DNA of 60,691 nt, the filler included, from Sphacelaria rigidula (lineage: Eukaryota), in NCBI GenBank assembly GCA_964200075.2. It is 4 parts of 4 records of this genome, joined end to end, with 100 filler letters (N's around TTAATTAATTAA, not from the genome) between each part and the next. Parts side by side here need not be neighbours in the genome. Positions count along the whole stretch, not along the records: positions 1 to 15,103 come from CAXNAA020001904.1; positions 15,204 to 30,300 come from CAXNAA020001905.1; positions 30,401 to 45,496 come from CAXNAA020001906.1; 1 more part is not named here. The stretch is one strand, 5' to 3'. The position numbers and the translations under genes are program-made. Shown in pieces: positions 11,880 to 33,416 of this stretch. The notes under the pieces are model-generated. The model was not told where the DNA came from and did not search any database. It saw nothing but the letters and a program-made list of their open reading frames with translations. Every line of letters begins with the position of its first letter. Positions within the stretch are counted from its first letter, which is position 1.

Positions 11880-12440
11880 TGGCATACTGTAGACCACAAG
11901 CAGAGTAAACAGCACATTGCTTGTGCCCATGTTCTTCACGGTTGATTTGTCGTGATCAAAATGATAAATACAGCTAGACAGCGAAGTGATCCACCTGTAG
12001 ACCAGCCGTGGGGGAACAAAGTGATCATTATGACAGCCGCGATTGGTCAGATCGGTCACTTCGCTCCTTTCGGACCTCGACCCTGGCTTGAAATTCTTCG
12101 TGGCAAACTTCCAAACACACATGGTTGACTTGATGAGCTTTTCGGCTCTTCTGCGAACAGGCCCCCACCCTCGCCAAAAAACCACCACCCCCGCCCCCTG
12201 GAAACCCCCGGATGCCCCTGGACTGTCAGCCTATGAAACTGTTGCGAGGCGACGCTCGCTGTCTAAGGGTTAAAAAAGCTGTGATCGGTCAGAATAGAAG
12301 GTATACCACAACCCAGATGGACAACAGATGGACTACCTCGCAATCTAGCTGTGTTTTCCATTTTGGTCATCACCGTTCAGCCGTAGAGAACATGGACACA
12401 AACAACATGACTTTTACTGTACTCGCGGTATTTGCCGCCT
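11880..12440. repeat. Diverged long inverted repeat (foldback-like) enclosing fragments shared with ~9910-9987 and ~10822-10905
   Basis: ~11910-11997 aligns with the reverse complement of ~12324-12411. 12068-12155 is an inverted copy of 10822-10905. 12195-12270 resembles 9913-9987. Confidence 0.6.
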
Positions 12441-13149
12441 GCCTGATCCCCCTTATCCCAGCATAGCTTTACTCTGTCTGTAGTGCTGTTGAAGAACACT
12501 TTTTGTAAGCAGAGACATAAGCAGCGAGCAGTAGACTGTGTCAAGTGGAGAGCGATGGCACGCTCACTATTTCTTGCCTTGATATCCAGCAGAACGTACA
12601 GCACACAGATTGACTCTGCACATGCAAAACCGGGTAGGGGTTCTCTTGGGCAATTTTTCATATATATGCTCAACATGCACATGTCATCAATAAAGGCGTT
12701 TTGTGTAGTGAAAAACAGCTACCTGAACCCCCAAATGTGGCGGTGTCCGTCTGAGTACATCTGAGGGGGGTTCGCAATTCTAGACCGCGAGAGTAGGTTA
12801 TCTATTGAATCGGCATCAACATCACTTGAAAAAATTACACATGATCCAGCTCGACCTCCCTGGCGGTCCAAGGCCACTCCCCATGCATTTAAAAAACATA
12901 ATAAAAAAGCCGTCTTCTGATAATCGACCAAAACTCCACCTTGTATATTATTAGGCTACTTCTCATGTATAAAAAAACTAGTGTCAGAAGACGCGTTTTA
13001 CGATAAGAATTTTTCTGATAACATTTTCCGACAGCCCAAAGTTATCACGATTGCCTTATCACCTTGGGCTATCGAAAAATGTTCTTGAAAAACATTTGAA
13101 CACACCCTACAGCCCACGACAGCAGTAGTGATGCCTTGGCTGCCATCAC

Positions 13150-14511
13150 TACTGCTGTCGCTGGTGCTCGCGGGCATTCAGCGTGTTGCATCACTGTCCT
13201 TCGCTCGCCAGTAGCGTGGTGGCCCTTTTTTACCCCCATGAGAACAGCACAGGGCAGGGTCGATGACGAGTGCTGTACGAACAGGATAGTCGATATGTAG
13301 TCCGTACAATACTGTAGCTCAGTTCAGGTCTGTGCAGGCAGAGTGTTGCGAACAGCCGTCGCAATGCTTCACAGACTGCCCACGCACCTAAGCCTTGTAG
13401 AGACGGGACAGGACTGACAGTACACACAAGACTATGAGATAGGTGGCTACTACTATCGTACATCCAATGCATCCAATACGGCACTGTCTGTACTGTTGTC
13501 CGTGCTGTCCGTACAACCGAGTACTACGGTGCAGCGAAATTGCAGCTCAGTTCATGCCTGTGGATGCAGCGTGTTGCGAACACACGTCGCTATGCAGTAC
13601 AGACTGTCTACGCACCCAAGCATTGTAGATCCAGGACCGTACGGAGAGTACACACAAGACTATGGATAGTGCTACTGTTGTAGTACTACAGCCAACGCAT
13701 ACAATACAGCACTGTTGTGTGTAGTATTGCTCGTGCTGTCCGTACAATCGAGTACTACGGTGTAGCGGAAAAGCCCAACCGTCAGCTCTACAGTCACTTG
13801 GTACAGCAAGGTGGTTTCTTATTGCTCGTCCTGCGTCACGCAGCCCACCATGTATTGTTCGATCAATACATTACAGCAGTACAGACAGACAGTGCGGATC
13901 GTACACCACTACACGACAGCAGAGTGATGTATCTCTCTCGCGCGCCCCAGAATTTAAACTTATGCCCACATGCCTTGTAGAGAACGATGAACACTGCTTC
14001 TCCAATGTTGATAGCGTCTATCACGTAAGAAGGGTTACTTTGAAAAATTCTATTGAAAAACGTGCTATTGAAAAACTGCTTTTTTACAACATTTTATATA
14101 CGTATAAGAAGTAGCCTTAGAAAAACATATTTTATCATGAAAACAATTTTTGTTCATATAAACACTTTTTATTCACATAAACACATTTTTTTCATGAGAT
14201 TTCTCCTGATAACTTGTTTCAATCGCTCAAGTCATCAGAAAACACAGATTTTTCATGACTTTGGATTATCGAAAAAAACCGTTGAAGAAGCGTTTGAAAT
14301 CCCGACGCTCATCAACACGGCCCTTTAGACCACACAACAGCACCCGCGCTAGCTTGGCGGCCGTCACTACTGCTGCTGCTGGTGCTCGCTGGCAGTCAGC
14401 GTGTTCCGTCCTCGTCTTCGCCCGGAAGTAGCGTGGCGGCCTTTTGCCCCATGAGGACAGCACGGGGTCGGTTCGATGACGAGTGCTGTACAGTCTGCAT
14501 GTAGTCCGTAC
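13150..14511. repeat. Diverged direct repeats and a ~230-bp tandem duplication
   Basis: ~13148-13308 matches ~14365-14511. ~13316-13545 matches ~13544-13770. Confidence 0.7.
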
Positions 14512-14945
14512 AGATCTGTTGTGGGGGTGAATGAAGGCCTTACCGACCAAAAATCCGTGGTCAACTAAAAAAAAACGAACACGGAGGGATATTGAAGACG
14601 TATTGAAGACGTCATTGACTGGTTGGACCTGTGCCAAACCTGTGCCGAACAGAACACACGCTCCACCCCAAGTTACCTACGTTTAGTATGCGACAGCTGT
14701 AATTTTTTCACCGCATAATTCTCGAACCAGGAAGCAAACCGGCCTGTAGCACTTGACAGCCTCCCGCGCACACACTAGATCTATTCAGCGCCGCAACGGG
14801 CTTGCTCAATCCGCCACAGCGGATCCGAAACGCCCCCGAACGTCGAAGACAACGCGTTTTTTGTACATTTTGGCGGTTTGCAGAGTGCTGCGGGCTCCGC
14901 GGCACGCGTTACGGCAAGCCGTTGCGGCGTTGAAAGTTCTGGTGT

Positions 14946-15103
14946 GACACTTTCTACGATAGCCCCCCCAAAACCAGCCCGAACGTGTCACAAAAAAAAT
15001 GGCCAAACAGCGCCTAGTGTTTCGGTTTAGGCTGCATGAAGCGCCTCATATTGGCAGCATTGGCGAGAACGAGCACAAGCGTGGGAATTCCCAGTTGCTC
15101 GTT
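14946..15103 (+). mobile_element. GACAC-family MITE, truncated by contig end
   Basis: Starts GACACTTTCTACGAT and aligns with copies at 17746, 18046 and 49507. Confidence 0.8.
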
Positions 15104-15203
15104 NNNNNNNNNNNNNNNNNNNNNNNNNNNNNNNNNNNNNNNNNNNNTTAATTAATTAANNNNNNNNNNNNNNNNNNNNNNNNNNNNNNNNNNNNNNNNN
15201 NNN
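15104..15203. other. Artificial contig linker N44-TTAATTAATTAA-N44
   Basis: Exactly 100 bp, carrying a stop codon in all six frames; identical at three positions. Confidence 0.97.
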
Positions 15204-15269
15204 GGTGGATTCTCATTTCAAAATACCTTCTCATTTTTCTGGCAACCCTGTTTAATGCTGGATCTACGT

Positions 15270-17460
15270 GAAACCGGGGGTCGGGGTGACGTACGAGTAC
15301 CGACAGTCAAGTGCGTGCAAATGTGGTACAGTACAGGTGAAAGCGGAGCAGTCCGCCTCCCTTGATCGTTCTCATTCATCTACCCCCATCTCATCAGCAC
15401 TCTCCCAAGTTATAGTAGAACTTGGGTGCTCTTCAATAAAAGATCTGAAACCATTACCCTGTGCCTGAGCCAAGGAATAAGGGAGGCTCACCGCGAAGCA
15501 GCCTATCGCGGTCACTCCCGGGGATCCGGTCGTAGGTGGGCCGAGATTCGGGCAAAGATGGCTGAGGGCCAGACGCTACACGGGTCCAGAGGGGTCGGAG
15601 GACGAGGTAGCCCCCGATGATGACCACGGTGACTGTGATACTGGAAGTGATGGCGATGGTGATTGCAATAGCAACTAGTGATGACACTAGAGTCTCGAGT
15701 TGCAGTGGCGCGGTTGGAGAGTGAAAGCAATAGGTTCACATACAGATCAGGATACGGGCGCGAACGTGCAGGCCAGGGCGGGGTCGAGATGCTGTCATGT
15801 AGCATGATGCGGTGTTGCGATCGTGTGTATGGCGGGACCGTAAGAAGCGATCTTGGGGTGGATGCCAACGATTTCTCTTTCGACACAGACATTGCCGCCT
15901 CATATATGCTCGAACCGGATTGGAAAGCTCGACTGGTATTTGCAGTACGGTTGAGTCGTGCAATAAATTGTTCACGTTGTGCATCGGCCGTCAATTTTTC
16001 AGGACAGGGGACGCCCAATCATCCGCTCGGCACATCACTGCGTTGGCAGTGATATCCCCCCACCACGTCACTGACAGCACCTTACTGACGGCAACTTGAC
16101 GCCCAAGATTTTTGTCTGGACACGAGCCTCGAGACAAACAGTAGTGAAAACATCGTCGACAATCAAACAAACGTTGTTATGCTCCGTTACCCGCAGCTAA
16201 CCAGGGATGGACGGCATGTGAAACCACGGACGCCCTTCCTACTCCTCCCAAAAGTTGCACATCAGCGATGTCGTGCAGTGCTCCTGAGGGCATTTTCTCA
16301 CTCAACGGCTAGGGTCTTCAAACCTCGTTTCATTGATGAACCTCATTTTTTAGAACTCCCTGTTAGGTGAAGCCGTTCACACTGACCTCGGAGAACCTCT
16401 CCACGCCGATGTCACGGGTATAATATACTTTCAGGTCTTCGTGGTGGACTAGGTCAGCCGAGACAAGTACGCCGCTGGATTCAAAACATGAGGTGCTGCC
16501 ACTGGTACCACGGGAGCCTACATCGACGAAATGGTCCGTGAGGGAGTGGCTATCAAATGCACCGCCGGAGACGGCGCTGGGGAACTTGAACGGTCAGGAA
16601 CATCCCAATCACGGTATCAAGCGAAGATATTTACTGCCGAGGACACCTCAGAGTAATGGAATTACTGAGCGTTCAGTTCAACGATTGATGGGGATAGCAC
16701 GCAGCCAACTGGTGAAAGCAAGACGCCGAGAGGACTACTGGTTCTTTGCTGTGGCGGACTCGCCATTCAAGTCCGCAGGCATACACCACGAGTATCTCGG
16801 GGGCGAGACCCCATGTGAGGGCTGACAGGGAAGCTTTTCAACTACGAGCGGCTTCGTACTTGGGAATCCGAGTTCTCGTCCACCAGCACAAGCAGCAGCT
16901 CGGCGTCGCTGCAATGTTTCCCCTGTATACGAAGCGGGTCATCCTGATGGGGCACGATCGGTACTCTTTCTGCTGGTATGTATGGCTCATGCAGGAATCA
17001 GCCCGTGAAGTGTTCACATACCACGTTCGAATCAGAGAACAAGATCCTAGACATCGTGGGGGAGCTGAAGACTATCGAAGTGAGTGATGGCGAGGACGAA
17101 CCGACGGAATAAGAGGAACCAGCACCAATCGACGGCGGTAATGGTCCGGGTGGACAGCCACCACAGGATCTGACACCATCATAGCATTCTTCTCTGGACA
17201 GTGGACTGCGCAGGTTCAGTCAACTGACACAACGGCGACGGGCCGAAAACACGCAACAACGCCGTAGGAGTTCTGACAATTGCGACCCCGATGACGGAAA
17301 TGTGTGCCCTTTAAAAAATCAGGACGAAGGCGCATGCTGCATGCTCGGGCGCGGGGTCGCCACTGGACCACAGGAACCGTCGACAGCGAAAGAAGCCCTG
17401 GCGGGACCCGATGCTGACAGATGGAAAGTGGCCATGGAAGAGGAAATCCAACGGAAGTGT
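15270..17460 (+). pseudogene. Decayed Ty1/copia LTR-retrotransposon gag-pol (protease-like, integrase, start of RT)
   Basis: Integrase motif PRTPQSNGITERSVQRLMGIARSQL...YW..AV...GETP (16620-16813) precedes the RT-proximal motif EPSTAKEALAGPDADRWKVAMEEEI (~17374-17448). INT-before-RT order is diagnostic of copia. Many stops and frameshifts; LTRs not identified. Confidence 0.85.
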
Positions 17461-17745
17461 AACGAGCCTCAGAGCCTAGACTTCGATAAACCGCTGGGAC
17501 CACGGGTGCCACCAGCGGAGCCTGTGACTCATGCAACCCCAAGCGCGGACGAGCGCTCCGAAGGCCCAAAGACGGAGGCAACGCGGACAAGAAAAGGGCA
17601 GCAGGTCGGACTGGAGGATCGCGCCTTTTCAAGTAGAGATGACCATGAATAGGGTCGATTCACCAAACCATCGGAGACGCTGAGTCATAACGAAGGGGCG
17701 AAGCTCGGGAATAAACGTGTGCCGAGCTTGAATGGTTCTACCCTT

Positions 17746-17990
17746 GACACTCTATACGACACCCCTCCCCAAAAACCAGCCCAAAAAGGTCACGAAAGAA
17801 ATGGTCGCACAGCACCTGATGTTTGATTTCAGGCTGTATGAAGCGCCTTATTTGGGCGATATTGGCGAAAACAAACCCGTGGGAATTCCCAGCTGTTCGT
17901 TGTACTCGGCTTTTTTCAGTTTGATTTGCGTGTAGATTATGCCTCCCCAAACCAGCCACATATTTTGGGCGGGCTATCGTAAAAAGTGCC
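17746..17990 (+). mobile_element. GACAC-family MITE copy (diverged)
   Basis: GACACTCTATACGAC ... ATCGTAAAAAGTGCC; internal homology to 18046-18310. Confidence 0.8.
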
Positions 17991-18045
17991 TGACCAAGAA
18001 GCAAAGGAACAGCCCACGGTGAAGGGAACGACAAAGGCGGTGGAG

Positions 18046-18310
18046 GACACTTTCTACGCCAGCTCCCCCCCCAAAACCAGCCAAAAAGTGTCACGGAAAA
18101 ATTGTCATACAGCGCCTGATGTTTGGGCTCAGGCTGCGTGAAGCGCCTCATATGGGCGACATTGGCGAGAACGAACCCAAGCGTGGGGGTTCCCAGCTGC
18201 TCGTTGTGCTCGGCTTTTTCCATTTCGATTTACAGCACGTGGAGATTTTGCCTCCCCAAACAAGGCACCTTTTTTCTTGGCGGGGGGGGAGGGGGATCGT
18301 AGGAAGTGTC
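18046..18310 (+). mobile_element. GACAC-family MITE with 4-bp GGAG TSD
   Basis: GGAG|GACACTTTCTACG ... CGTAGGAAGTGTC|GGAG. Confidence 0.85.
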
Positions 18311-18779
18311 GGAGGAACCACCCAAGGGTACGGTATGTGTGCCAAGCAGGGACAGCCTTGCACATAGCCAACAAACGTGCAAGTCGCCGTTCTCGACGAA
18401 GGATGCCAAAACGGAAAAGGCGGCGGAAGTCGGGACGAATCCGGAGGGTTCAGGTCCACCCCGTGGCGTCAATGGCATTTCAATGGAAGAACTCATTTAT
18501 CTCGTATCTAGCACGTTGAGTGTGATCGCATGAGCTCTTTGGTGTTACGGCTACACGATCATGGGGGAGTGTGCAGATTGTGTGCTGGACATACGTATCA
18601 TACGTATATTCTCGGGCGTGCAATCAACCAGCCTGGTAGAGGCCAACACTGTTTAGAACAAGGCATTTTCTGGACTCAAGTGAAACGCATCCCATCTATT
18701 CTGGACGCCAGTGTATGCCTTTCAGTATATGTGGGTGCACCAGCCCGGTTCAAACAGGACAAAGGCCAACACGGGAATT

Positions 18780-18999
18780 TTTCCTTTCTTTCCTCTTTTT
18801 TCGCGAGAGGGGTTCTGCAGCCCCTTTCCCTCGTCGACCGTTAATGAGTCGACTTTTTTGTACCCACGACAAAGTCGCTCTCCACTGTTGGGCCACGGTG
18901 TGAGAAAAAAACCCAGATCATGTGACTGCACCGAGATTCGAACCCACGGCCCAACCGTCAGAAGGAGTCGAGGTTACCAACTGAGCCACCGGGGCGACC
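18780..18999 (-). mobile_element. tRNA-derived SINE
   Basis: Minus strand begins GGTCGCCCCGGTGGCTCAGTTGGTAA (A box) and has GGGTTCGAATCTCGG (B box), then a non-tRNA body and an A-rich tail. No canonical cloverleaf. Confidence 0.8.
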
Positions 19000-19574
19000 G
19001 ATGCGTAGACTAAGTAAGGCCTAAGCAGCATGAGTCACCCCGCTGGGACCGACGTCCACCCCCCTATACATCTTGTACTGTATAATTGTAAGCCACACGA
19101 TTCGAACCAAACCCGGCGAAGACGGTCCCCAACCCAACTGAACCGGAAGGACAAAGACTGAGACTACACTAAAACCACTATTGTTTCACGTCACTGTCAC
19201 AAATCCATTCGTTCTGCTGCCTCTGTTGTATACCAGGTATAGTGCATATGAAGCGACGACCAAGACGAGAAGCAGAAATTCTTTGCCACGCATGTGCACT
19301 TCGTCATACTATCCAAGACAACTATTCGATTCATTTCTCACGCGTGTGCACTTCATCCTACCAGGATAGAAATGCATCGCTACGCGCATGTGCATGTCCA
19401 CATATCGCCAGAGCACTACGACACCGTGCAGGCGACGATCGGTACGACTATAGAAGCCCACAAGGTCAGACGAACTACGATGGTAATGTAACATCAGCTA
19501 TGCCCCTTCTCCTCCCGCCCCCCTGCGCGCGCAACTTGGGCTATCATGATGGTTGATAGCCACCGACTTTAGGT

Positions 19575-29170
<9,596 letters not shown>

Positions 29171-30169
29171 CTGTGCGTTGTTTGGATCGTGCGCGTGTGC
29201 GTGCGTGTGTCATAATCCAGTCTGCACACGTGCATATGTATGTGTCTGTGCGCGTTGTCATTGCCTAGTGTGTGTGCGTGTGTGCATGCGTGTCATAATC
29301 TACTGGGTGCGTGAGTATGCCCAAGTCATGTTCGCCTCAACAACGTGCTACAGCAGCAGTACCCTGTTCGTGTAGCCGGCTTGACATCGGGAAAGACAAG
29401 AGAGATGAAGGGAGCAAGGAAAAGCGGCAAATAACACAGAGAATGGCGTTGGAGTCTCACCTCGGCCCGGCCACGAATGTAGTGGTGGAGAAATACTTGG
29501 GTTTCAGCGTGAATCACAACATTCGATTGTTATTTGGAGATGGGCAGTTCTGGGGACCTGTCTAGGGACCTGCCAGCGTGTGCACCGAAGGCACTTGCTG
29601 TTGCTAAAACAACAACGGCGCCGGCGACGAAAATTGGATAAATTTACATTTCAAATCTTGGATTTCGACGACGGATTTGGGTAAAATATACCTCGAAGAC
29701 AGAAGGGGGAAAGAGACAGAGCAGGGACATCGTCAGATGATGAACATGATTCAGAGGGAAAAGAGACATGACCAGAGGCGAAGAGATGCCGTCTGAGAAA
29801 CCGACTGACACCCCCAGAAGAGCAGAGAAAGATGTGAAAAAAAAATCATCACGCCTGGAAACGAGATGCCGTTGGCCATGCCTGATTCCTGGTCTCATCG
29901 ACGGCAACGGACAGTTCAACTCCCCTCTCACGGAAACCGTCAAGCTCTAAGGTACAAGCTAATGGATCCCACTCTCACGGAAGAAAAAAGAAAAGCGATT
30001 AGGAGACTTGGGCATGGAAAATGTGAACGACTGCGAAAGGCATACGGGTACTCAAGAACGTGGTTTTGACGCGACGAAACACACGTGTCGCTGACAGAAA
30101 ACATACAAACATGTGTGAACACAAATACGACCACGTATACATCCGCGCATGTGTGAATAAACTCATGCG

Positions 30170-30300
30170 TGCATACATACGTTCGGGCATACGTGCATAC
30201 ATACGTGCATACATACGTGCATACATACATACATACATACATACATACATACATACATACATACATACATACATACATACATACATACATACATACATAC
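30170..30300. repeat. (CATA)n microsatellite at contig end
   Basis: Direct reading. Confidence 0.95.
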
Positions 30301-30400
30301 NNNNNNNNNNNNNNNNNNNNNNNNNNNNNNNNNNNNNNNNNNNNTTAATTAATTAANNNNNNNNNNNNNNNNNNNNNNNNNNNNNNNNNNNNNNNNNNNN
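30301..30400. other. Artificial contig linker N44-TTAATTAATTAA-N44
   Basis: Identical to the other two linkers. Confidence 0.97.
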
Positions 30401-31119
30401 GTTCTGTGTTTGTCTCTTTTTGTTCTCTCTTGTTTCGCTTCTTTTCTCTTTGGGTGTTGGGGGGGGGGGGGGGGACACCCAGCCTGTTGTCCCCTAGTGT
30501 ATTGTCGGGGCGTTGGCGGATGCGGTTAGCTGCCGTGTACAGAGATCGTTGGCATGGAGACCGCTGACGGACACACTGTCCCTCCAAGCTCATCAACGGT
30601 CATGATTAGACTACATATATGGGATCATGTTCCGTTTCGTGTGCCTCGACAACCCCCCACTAGGTAGTAGTCCGGGAAATTTGACGAGGCGTGAGATACG
30701 TTGCTACTTCGGCTACAACAGGCTGTCGCTACCGTGCGCTCGTGTATTGTATGTAGATGTGTGTGTGCGTTACCGGCATCCGAGGTCATCGGGACAGGGC
30801 GGGCAAGGAGAACAAACAAATAAATACGAACCTCGCAGAACCCACCAGACTTTTCGGTTTTTGTTAGTGTTTGTTGATCAATTTCTCCCAACCATTTCAA
30901 CAACAAAAAAAATCACAACAAAATCGCAAAAAAAACGCAAAAATCATGACCGTTTTCGAAAAATTGCCCTCCGGGAGGGGGGGCGGGGAGGGCCTCCGTG
31001 TCCGATTTTTTTCTCTCGACAGACCCTTGCCCCAAGGTATATATTTGTACTCGTACCTACAGTACCTGCAACCGGGTTTATCTACTGCAACGGTATACCC
31101 TGTCCCAGGGTAGGGGAAT

Positions 31120-31430
31120 GAGAGACTGACAGAACTTACAGAACATCGGGTACCGGTATCGACGTCTATCAGAAACTACAGAACTTTCTTGTCGGCTAGG
31201 GTATGGGAAGCTTACAGAAGGCCGCACCGGCAATCGGCGGGTATTTCTTCGAAGGCATACCCGCGCTCCGGGTACGGGTAAACATTCTGCATAAAACTCA
31301 CAGAACTATCGGGTGAGGGTATGGAAGTCTCACAGAGTTTATACAACTGTCGGGTACCGGTATGAAAGTCTAATGGGAGTCACAGAACTGTCGGGTACGG
31401 TAAATACCCGGGAAAATACCCCGGGTGTAC
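31120..31430. repeat. Degenerate minisatellite (ACAGAACT.TCGGGTACCGGTATG units)
   Basis: Repeated CAGAAC / CGGGTAC(C)GGTA motifs, roughly 6-7 times. Confidence 0.7.
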
Positions 31431-32695
31431 AGAAAACCGTACTCTAAAGAACACAGCAACCAACAACGTTTTCGTGAGATCGAGATTGAGAGTAGAGGAT
31501 ACGATTGAGACGGAAACGCGATCAATTAGTAAGTGAATCGTTTCAGTTCCGGAATGCCTTCCACGAGGCCCCATATGATTTCTGTGGTAGGTTGTCACTG
31601 AGGCCCTTGATCTTCTTGAGTAGGACATTGACGTGTAGCTGTAAGCACACGCCTGTGATGGAAGCAAAGAGAAGCACACACGAAACGAAAAAATGGCTGA
31701 GTTGAAGCGAATGATCGACGCCACTCACAATCAGCGCTCTACTCTCAATCACACGAAAACGTTTTTAACCTTGAAATTGAGTGTACACCGTTTGGTTGAG
31801 TGTTCGTCACGTTCACTCGAAAAAGTACGGCGTGACTCTGATGCGTAACCCTGGCGATCGAGGGGTCAACCCTTACGACCGAGAGGCCATGGGCATCAAT
31901 TTCACTTGAAAACAGTACAAGTATGCATGATACAGATGGACTAGGTCCAAGGGTTGAAGTTCCGACGAGCTGCTAGTCGTTGTACGTATATTTTGAAAGC
32001 AAACAAAGACCGATATACGATTCTCTGGAGTCGCGACCGGTCAATACACTACACTCGCATTTACAGTACTGATAAACAATAGTGTTGGAACATATGACAT
32101 CATGTACTACAGGTAATCATAACCTGCACGTACAGCCGAGCATTGATGAAAGGAACGTTTCGGTGGTACCAGTATGTGTACATTCCGCGTCTTTTTTTTC
32201 AACAAAACGGATCGTTACCGTTGTTGCTCGTCGGCGTTTCGTCCACTAATGGAACACACGAAAATAACCGTCCTCCGATGAAGAGCTGATTCTGAATGGT
32301 AAGGCTACACTCTAAATCCCACGAAAACCTTGTTTTCTACGTCCTCTTCACCTGCACAAGACGGCTGAAGACTTCACCACAATCCCATCACCACACGAAT
32401 AAGCATCGATTCTAGTAAAAAATGCAAAATTGGCCTTCAAGCAGCTCAACACAAACCTCACCAGACAACCAGAAATAAACACCGGTGCGTCTCCTGTAAA
32501 GGGTCCGCGCATTTAACGACCACGACTTCACAAGTCGGTCCTGATTTTTGGGATTCGGTCGTAAGAATCGACTCTGAGCCGTTCCTAATTTTCCAAATTC
32601 AATCTTATCAGTCTACTCTGAGTCATCTCCATTCCGAATTTAGTCATGGGAGTGGTGAATCATGACTAAATAGTCGTCGGACATAATATACGCTA

Positions 32696-33213
32696 CAGTA
32701 GTGGGCGGTCCAACTATTCATTTTGTGGCATTTTGTGGTTATTTCGTAATTGACGATTTTCTTGGGCTCTGCAGATATTTGTGTCCGCTCCACATTCCAA
32801 GAAGAAAAAAATCATCTGTACTCAATATTGAGTGACATATATGGGCTGACCGGTCATCGGGGGTCCTGCCATGTTTCAACCCGGATTTATATTCTTCGGT
32901 ATTTTCGGTCGATCAAGCCTGTCCCGATCATACTTGTGAAGAAATGTACAGTTATATTATTTTGAAGTTCTACCTACTCATTGCACTAGAGCCGAAAAAC
33001 TGTGTTTCACGGTCAATAGCACTCTCCTGACAAATGGGGTATTTACTCGTATCGCCCGATAACACCCATTAACATTGACCTGGGCACTGTGTTTCGAGGA
33101 TGATCTGTTTTTTGTGCTAAATCCACCGATGCTAGCAATGTCGACTTCTATCGAAGAATAGTACGCGAGGAAAACCCCAAAACACCTCTGAATAGTTAGA
33201 CCGCCCACCACTG
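32696..33213. mobile_element. Tc1/mariner-type MITE, inverted copy of the 2542-3161 family
   Basis: TA|CAGTAGTGGGCGGTCCAACTA ... TAGTTAGACCGCCCACCACTG|TA; internal homology in reverse orientation. Confidence 0.85.
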
Positions 33214-33416
33214 TACGTGTGTCATCATCCTGAAATCCAATAGGCCCAGAAAGCTCATGTATATATCGTTCAAAGCAAAGCAATTATCGACGAAAAACGT
33301 ACACACACATGTACAGACACCCGAGTCGGACGATCCTGAACCCCACGCGAGCAAGAGATCGCGTATTTGATGTATGCCTGCTCGCCAAGAACAACGATAC
33401 CCTGAAATACTGCAGT

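Noticed and set aside
12723..12760. Candidate upstream AKTIP exon (MYSDGHRHIWGFR)
   Set aside because: Phase fits, but the donor (GTAGCT) is weak and it does not match the expected G.Y..G.FKF motif.
18925..18999. tRNA gene
   Set aside because: A and B boxes are present, but there is no proper cloverleaf and it continues into a SINE body and A-rich tail.
29461..29520. Candidate upstream FNR exon ending GRAE|GTGAGA
   Set aside because: No FNR similarity, an in-frame stop upstream and no good acceptor.
29940..30356. Repetitive MYVC/YIHT ORFs
   Set aside because: Translations of the (CATA)n microsatellite and the linker.
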